20,438 nucleotides of DNA from an uncultured virus (IMG/VR IMGVR_UViG_3300030098_002223) (Duplodnaviria; Heunggongvirae; Uroviricota; Caudoviricetes), in IMG/VR virus record IMGVR_UViG_3300030098_002223. One strand, written 5' to 3'. Every line of letters starts with the position of its first letter. The stretch's first letter is position 1. The notes beneath the pieces were generated by a model that ran no database searches, had not been told where the DNA came from, and saw only the letters and a list, made by a program, of their open reading frames with translations. Position numbers and translations under genes: made by a program. Positions 17,341 to 20,438 of this stretch are shown here, piece by piece.

Positions 17341-17699
17341 TCTATTTCTACTTTCTTAGCTGATGTCTTTTCTTTCTTTTCGATGGTCATATCGAGAATA
17401 CCATTGACCATAGTTGCTTTGACTGACTCTGGGTCTACTTCATAATTGAATGTTCTATCCCATGAAAAGTTCTTTCTATCAGACTTAGCGTTGATTGTAA
17501 CAGTTCTGTTACTAACTTCTATATCAACTTGGTCTTTATCTACTCCAGCTAACTCAGCTGTAATAGTTATAGTTCCATTCTCTTCGTTCATTTGAACATC
17601 GTTTCTATGTTGGTAACGTGGTGTGTTAGGAACCATCTCAATTTGGTCGAGTAAGTCCTGCCACATTTCCATCATATCTCTAGTTCTTCTGTCCCACAT
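17337..17699 (-). CDS. Small heat-shock protein (Hsp20/alpha-crystallin)
   Basis: ITAELAGVDKDQVDIEV...VDPESVKATMVNGILDMTIEK, with C-terminal VEI (IXI-type) motif. Confidence 0.92.
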   Translation of the reverse strand: MWDRRTRDMMEMWQDLLDQIEMVPNTPRYQHRNDVQMNEENGTITITAELAGVDKDQVDIEVSNRTVTINAKSDRKNFSWDRTFNYEVDPESVKATMVNGILDMTIEKKEKTSAKKVEIE

Positions 17700-17701
17700 A
17701 C

Positions 17702-17908
17702 TCAGTCCTCCACTGTTGGGGTTGATGTTCCATCAGTTCTCTTCATTAATCTGAAGTATGGTTTGTTGGAACCTTCTTTCCAATAGGTGTTTCTGAACAT
17801 AACGTATTCGTCTCCTCCCTCAGATTTACCTGAGTAGTATACGTTTCCGTTCTTATCTGTGTTCCGGAACAATCCGGCTTGTAGTTCTAAGCTAGTTTTT
17901 TCTGCCAT
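17702..17908 (-). CDS. Small beta protein, DUF736-like (possible nucleic-acid binding)
   Basis: GLFRNTDKNGNVYYSG...MFRN...KPYFRL; SD GGAGG upstream. Confidence 0.5.
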   Translation of the reverse strand: MAEKTSLELQAGLFRNTDKNGNVYYSGKSEGGDEYVMFRNTYWKEGSNKPYFRLMKRTDGTSTPTVED

Positions 17909-17925
17909 ATTTCTTTCCTCCTTTT

Positions 17926-18129
17926 TTATCCATGCATGTTGGTTGAGGATTGCATAGGTATCCCCTTGACATCAATCTCTAATAGTTTTTCACCATATGC
18001 TGAGATTAGTTTGTCTAATGTTTNNNNNNNNNNTAAAAGATGTGTCATCTTAGCGGCATCCATCTTAGCTGACATCAAATCAGCCGCCATATCAATATGC
18101 ATTGGTGGTTCAGAAGATGAATCTGTCAT
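17926..18129 (-). CDS. Hypothetical protein interrupted by an assembly gap
   Basis: ORF spans the N-run; SD GGAGGT upstream; true length uncertain. Confidence 0.5.
   Translation of the reverse strand: MTDSSSEPPMHIDMAADLMSAKMDAAKMTHLLXXXXTLDKLISAYGEKLLEIDVKGIPMQSSTNMHG
18024..18033. other. Assembly/scaffold gap (10 N)
   Basis: Run of ten N characters. Confidence 0.99.
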
Positions 18130-18376
18130 CGATGACCTCCAACTTAATTAATATTTTTCTTAGGTTCTTTATCATTCCTTGTGTCTCTCCGATTTTGTTT
18201 TCCAAATCATCAAAACGCTGAGACATCTTATCAATACGGGCTAAGATATCCTCCACGTTCTGAACAAAGGGAAACCAATCAGTTTCGTTTTGATACTTTT
18301 CGTTTCTTTTGCGAATCTCTTCCGCCCATCTTGTGTGGTGGTTTACTTCCGCCTTTCTGTCTTCTTCTATTGTCAT
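18110..18376 (-). CDS. Coiled-coil hypothetical protein
   Basis: 88 aa with heptad pattern (ILARIDKMSQRFDDLENKI). Confidence 0.7.
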   Translation of the reverse strand: MTIEEDRKAEVNHHTRWAEEIRKRNEKYQNETDWFPFVQNVEDILARIDKMSQRFDDLENKIGETQGMIKNLRKILIKLEVIDDRFIF

Positions 18377-18614
18377 TCTTTTGATTCCTTTTTAGTTGTT
18401 TCATGAGTATTTTGTTCTTACGTGGGTTCACATGATAACCCTGTCCTGTCCAACCGTCGACGTAATATCGAACGTATCCCATCCAATAGTCACGACAGTT
18501 TTCCTCAGTTGGTTCTAATCCTCTCATTATACATTTCTCTTTGAGGCGTTGAACCATCTTATTTGTTTTACCCTTAGCCCATATACGGTCAAAGGCTTCC
18601 CATCTCTCATTCAT
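18279..18614 (-). CDS. Hypothetical protein (3' end uncertain)
   Basis: Start MNERWEAF with SD GGAGGT and ATGA coupling; 98-nt overlap with the next gene. Confidence 0.6.
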   Translation of the reverse strand: MNERWEAFDRIWAKGKTNKMVQRLKEKCIMRGLEPTEENCRDYWMGYVRYYVDGWTGQGYHVNPRKNKILMKQLKRNQKNDNRRRQKGGSKPPHKMGGRDSQKKRKVSKRN

Positions 18615-18724
18615 ATCTGACCTCCAATAACTGTATAGCATTGTTGACAGTATGGGTTGCCGTTTATATCTCTATACCTGATATACTTAGGGTGTAAATT
18701 GCATTTACACAAACCACACTGCAT
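18611..18724 (-). CDS. 37-aa CxxC...CxxC zinc-finger micro-protein (not in ORF track)
   Basis: MQCGLCKCNLHPKYIRYRDINGNPYCQQCYTVIGGQI*; TGATG and ATGA couplings at both ends. Confidence 0.75.
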   Translation of the reverse strand: MQCGLCKCNLHPKYIRYRDINGNPYCQQCYTVIGGQI

Positions 18725-19056
18725 CATCCGAACATACTTCCTGTATATGAATCATGCTGAGGTGGTTGTGGTGCTTGTGGTGAGAAAACGTCTGGTGCAT
18801 TCTCTTTAGCTGATTTAACCATCAACTCTAATACCTTGACGTAAGCTAAGATGGCCATCTCTTGCCATTTTTCTAATTGGTATGTCTTAGATATTTTTTC
18901 TAAGTCTACACCTATCTTTAAAATGTCTATAGAGTCCATCGCCTTGACTAATATTTCCCATTGAAGTTGTTCTTCATCAGTCATAAGTTTAGCTACATTC
19001 AGTCCTTGCTTCTCATCTTTGGCGGCTTTCAAAAAGCCTTCTAATAGTTTATTCAT
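18724..19056 (-). CDS. Hypothetical helical protein with flexible tail ending SMFG
   Basis: 110 aa; GGAG upstream; Pro/Gln-rich linker before the C-terminus. Confidence 0.75.
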   Translation of the reverse strand: MNKLLEGFLKAAKDEKQGLNVAKLMTDEEQLQWEILVKAMDSIDILKIGVDLEKISKTYQLEKWQEMAILAYVKVLELMVKSAKENAPDVFSPQAPQPPQHDSYTGSMFG

Positions 19057-19057
19057 T

Positions 19058-19366
19058 TTACTCCGACACTACCAATCTATCTAATCTATAAGAACGTGGT
19101 CTTTGTGTAAACTGAGAAGTATACTGTTTTAAGTTATACCTATTATCTTTACCCACAACATAGAAGTGTCCTTTGGAAGATATATGTATATCTTCGGGTA
19201 AGATTTTCCTTACAGACTCAGAGTCTCTTTCATGTTTCCATGAATTAAACTCGAATTGAGTTCTGTTGACAGGGTTGTATCTGATACTTACCTGCTTGTG
19301 CTTTCCTGTCTTCTGATAGTGCTTGACAGCATCCATCAAAAGATTGATTTGTTGATTTCTATCCAT
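19058..19366 (-). CDS. Stand-alone WYL-domain protein
   Basis: VSIRY...RKILPEDI....HFYVVG.D...RSYRLDRL matches the WYL consensus; SD AGGTGA before the ATG at 19366. Confidence 0.75.
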   Translation of the reverse strand: MDRNQQINLLMDAVKHYQKTGKHKQVSIRYNPVNRTQFEFNSWKHERDSESVRKILPEDIHISSKGHFYVVGKDNRYNLKQYTSQFTQRPRSYRLDRLVVSE

Positions 19367-19393
19367 TTTAATCACCTTGTTGAATCTCCATAA

Positions 19394-19492
19394 CTACTGA
19401 GTATATAAAGCTTTCGCTATCCATACTGAGAGTTGTAAACTGAGAACCTTTATCTGGTCTCTTATAGGAATTTCTAATGGGATTATATCCAT
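19394..19492 (-). CDS. Possible 32-aa micro-protein
   Basis: MDIIPLEIPIRDQIKVLSLQLSVWIAKALYTQ*; TAATG coupling to the upstream ORF; overlaps the promoter. Confidence 0.35.
   Translation of the reverse strand: MDIIPLEIPIRDQIKVLSLQLSVWIAKALYTQ
19401..19417 (-). promoter_or_regulatory. Consensus archaeal BRE-TATA promoter
   Basis: GCGAAAGC-TTTATATAC; predicted TSS near 19379, just before the SD of the WYL gene. Confidence 0.7.
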
Positions 19493-19584
19493 TATTCCTT
19501 GTAGGGTGTGCAGTGAACACACCTCTTTTTGCCATCATATGTCCATACGAAAGCGTTTCTTAAACATCTGTTGCATTCTGTCAT
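19492..19584 (-). CDS. 30-aa CxxC...CxxC zinc-ribbon micro-protein (not in ORF track)
   Basis: MTECNRCLRNAFVWTYDGKKRCVHCTPYKE*; starts 2 nt after the upstream stop. Confidence 0.65.
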   Translation of the reverse strand: MTECNRCLRNAFVWTYDGKKRCVHCTPYKE

Positions 19585-19586
19585 AC

Positions 19587-19838
19587 TTATTTAAACCACA
19601 AATAATATGCGATTACCCCTAAACACAATAGATTACCGATTGTATATAAAATTATTGTCTTCATATTTATATCATTTTTCTTTTTTGGTATCTTCTTAGT
19701 TGTTTTTACTGTGAAATGAGGTATTGCTCCCCAACACTCGTCGCATAAGTATGCTTTGAGATGTGGTTCTTCACTTGTATAATGAGTGTGACATCTATTA
19801 CAGTTATGCCACATCACTTTGTAATAATTAGGCTTCAC
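19587..19838 (-). CDS. Zinc-finger protein with C-terminal membrane anchor
   Basis: CNRC...CDEC followed by a hydrophobic helix IILYTIGNLLCLGVIAYYLWF; the true start may be the ATG at 19814. Confidence 0.65.
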   Translation of the reverse strand: MKPNYYKVMWHNCNRCHTHYTSEEPHLKAYLCDECWGAIPHFTVKTTKKIPKKKNDINMKTIILYTIGNLLCLGVIAYYLWFK

Positions 19839-20433
19839 TTACTTTCTTAGCTACAGCCATGTATTTTTCTACAGCCATAAGGATAGGTGGTTGTAACTCT
19901 TTTGGTATATAATCTATCCCATCCATGCCGTTGTCTAAATCTTGATAAAAGATTTCTAAGTATGCACTAAAGTTATCTGTGATGTAGTGATAACCATTAG
20001 CAACATCTTCATCATAATCTCTTATAAAGTTAATAACTTGAAATGCTCTACCCAATGCTCTGGCGTGTATCTCACAGCGTGGGTGACATCCTAATATCTT
20101 TGACATCATCATACCAACTGACTCAGCTGAGCCTTTACAGTAATCTAACATAGATACAATGGTGTGCTCTTTCTTTATCATATCTTGATACATACTTATG
20201 TGAAAGTCTGAGAGCCATTCACCTTCGAACTGATACTTGTCACTCACTTCGTAGAATTGTTCTATAACTTCTCTCCAATGTTTGAAATCATGTAGAGTCT
20301 TCTCTCCTTCAACCATCTCATCACATACTCTAAGGTATGCATATAGTTTGTATATATCTTCTTTGATATCATCTGGCCACGCACTCATACACTCAAAGAA
20401 TGTAGTGCTGTATTCTTCCATTATCTCTTTCAT
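19828..20433 (-). CDS. Phytoene/squalene synthase family (head-to-head trans-isoprenyl diphosphate synthase)
   Basis: YSTTFF, LYAYLRVCDEMVE, YC..SAESVG.MM, ARALGRAFQVINFIRDYDED..NG..YI. The start may lie beyond the window edge. Confidence 0.88.
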   Translation of the reverse strand: MKEIMEEYSTTFFECMSAWPDDIKEDIYKLYAYLRVCDEMVEGEKTLHDFKHWREVIEQFYEVSDKYQFEGEWLSDFHISMYQDMIKKEHTIVSMLDYCKGSAESVGMMMSKILGCHPRCEIHARALGRAFQVINFIRDYDEDVANGYHYITDNFSAYLEIFYQDLDNGMDGIDYIPKELQPPILMAVEKYMAVAKKVSEA

Positions 20434-20438
20434 AGTTT

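Noticed and set aside
4938..18384. Numerous + strand ORFs antisense to the minus-strand genes (e.g. 12660-13094, 15284-15658, 16115-16459)
   Set aside because: Shadow ORFs of well-supported genes, with no recognisable motifs or SD context.
19368..19391. 7-codon uORF MEIQQGD before the WYL gene
   Set aside because: Its ATG is only about 10 nt from the TATA box, upstream of the predicted TSS.
1..20438. CRISPR array, tRNA, rRNA, integrase or DGR
   Set aside because: No spaced repeats, cloverleaf, recombinase or reverse-transcriptase motifs recognised by eye.

Overview
AT-rich (roughly one-third GC), gene-dense fragment of an archaeal tailed dsDNA virus, most consistent with a virus of marine Thermoplasmatota (Poseidoniales/'magrovirus'-like; the host assignment is inference). 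Positions 1-4264 (+) are the end of a virion/tail module: a PKD-containing ~1024-aa protein and a baseplate-hub-like protein. Positions 4261-20438 (-) are a convergent replication/host-takeover block: class II ribonucleotide reductase, fused PriS-PriL-like primase, degenerate HAD protein, GT-B glycosyltransferase, Sm-like protein, HNH nuclease, PolB with a PIP box, MazG-like pyrophosphatase, translation factor aIF-1A, a minimal MCM-like AAA+ ATPase, a gp32-like SSB, Hsp20, a stand-alone WYL protein and a phytoene/squalene synthase homologue. Six micro-ORFs missed by the ORF track fill the apparent gaps, and three archaeal BRE-TATA promoters are visible. Highlights: virus-encoded aIF-1A and CrtB-like genes; non-canonical catalytic motifs in several replication enzymes; apparent absence of GATC and CCWGG; a structured 5' leader on the Sm-like gene; a candidate proteasome-docking (HbYX-like) tail; and a GC-rich patch inside polB. 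All calls come from motif recognition by eye, and no database searches were run.
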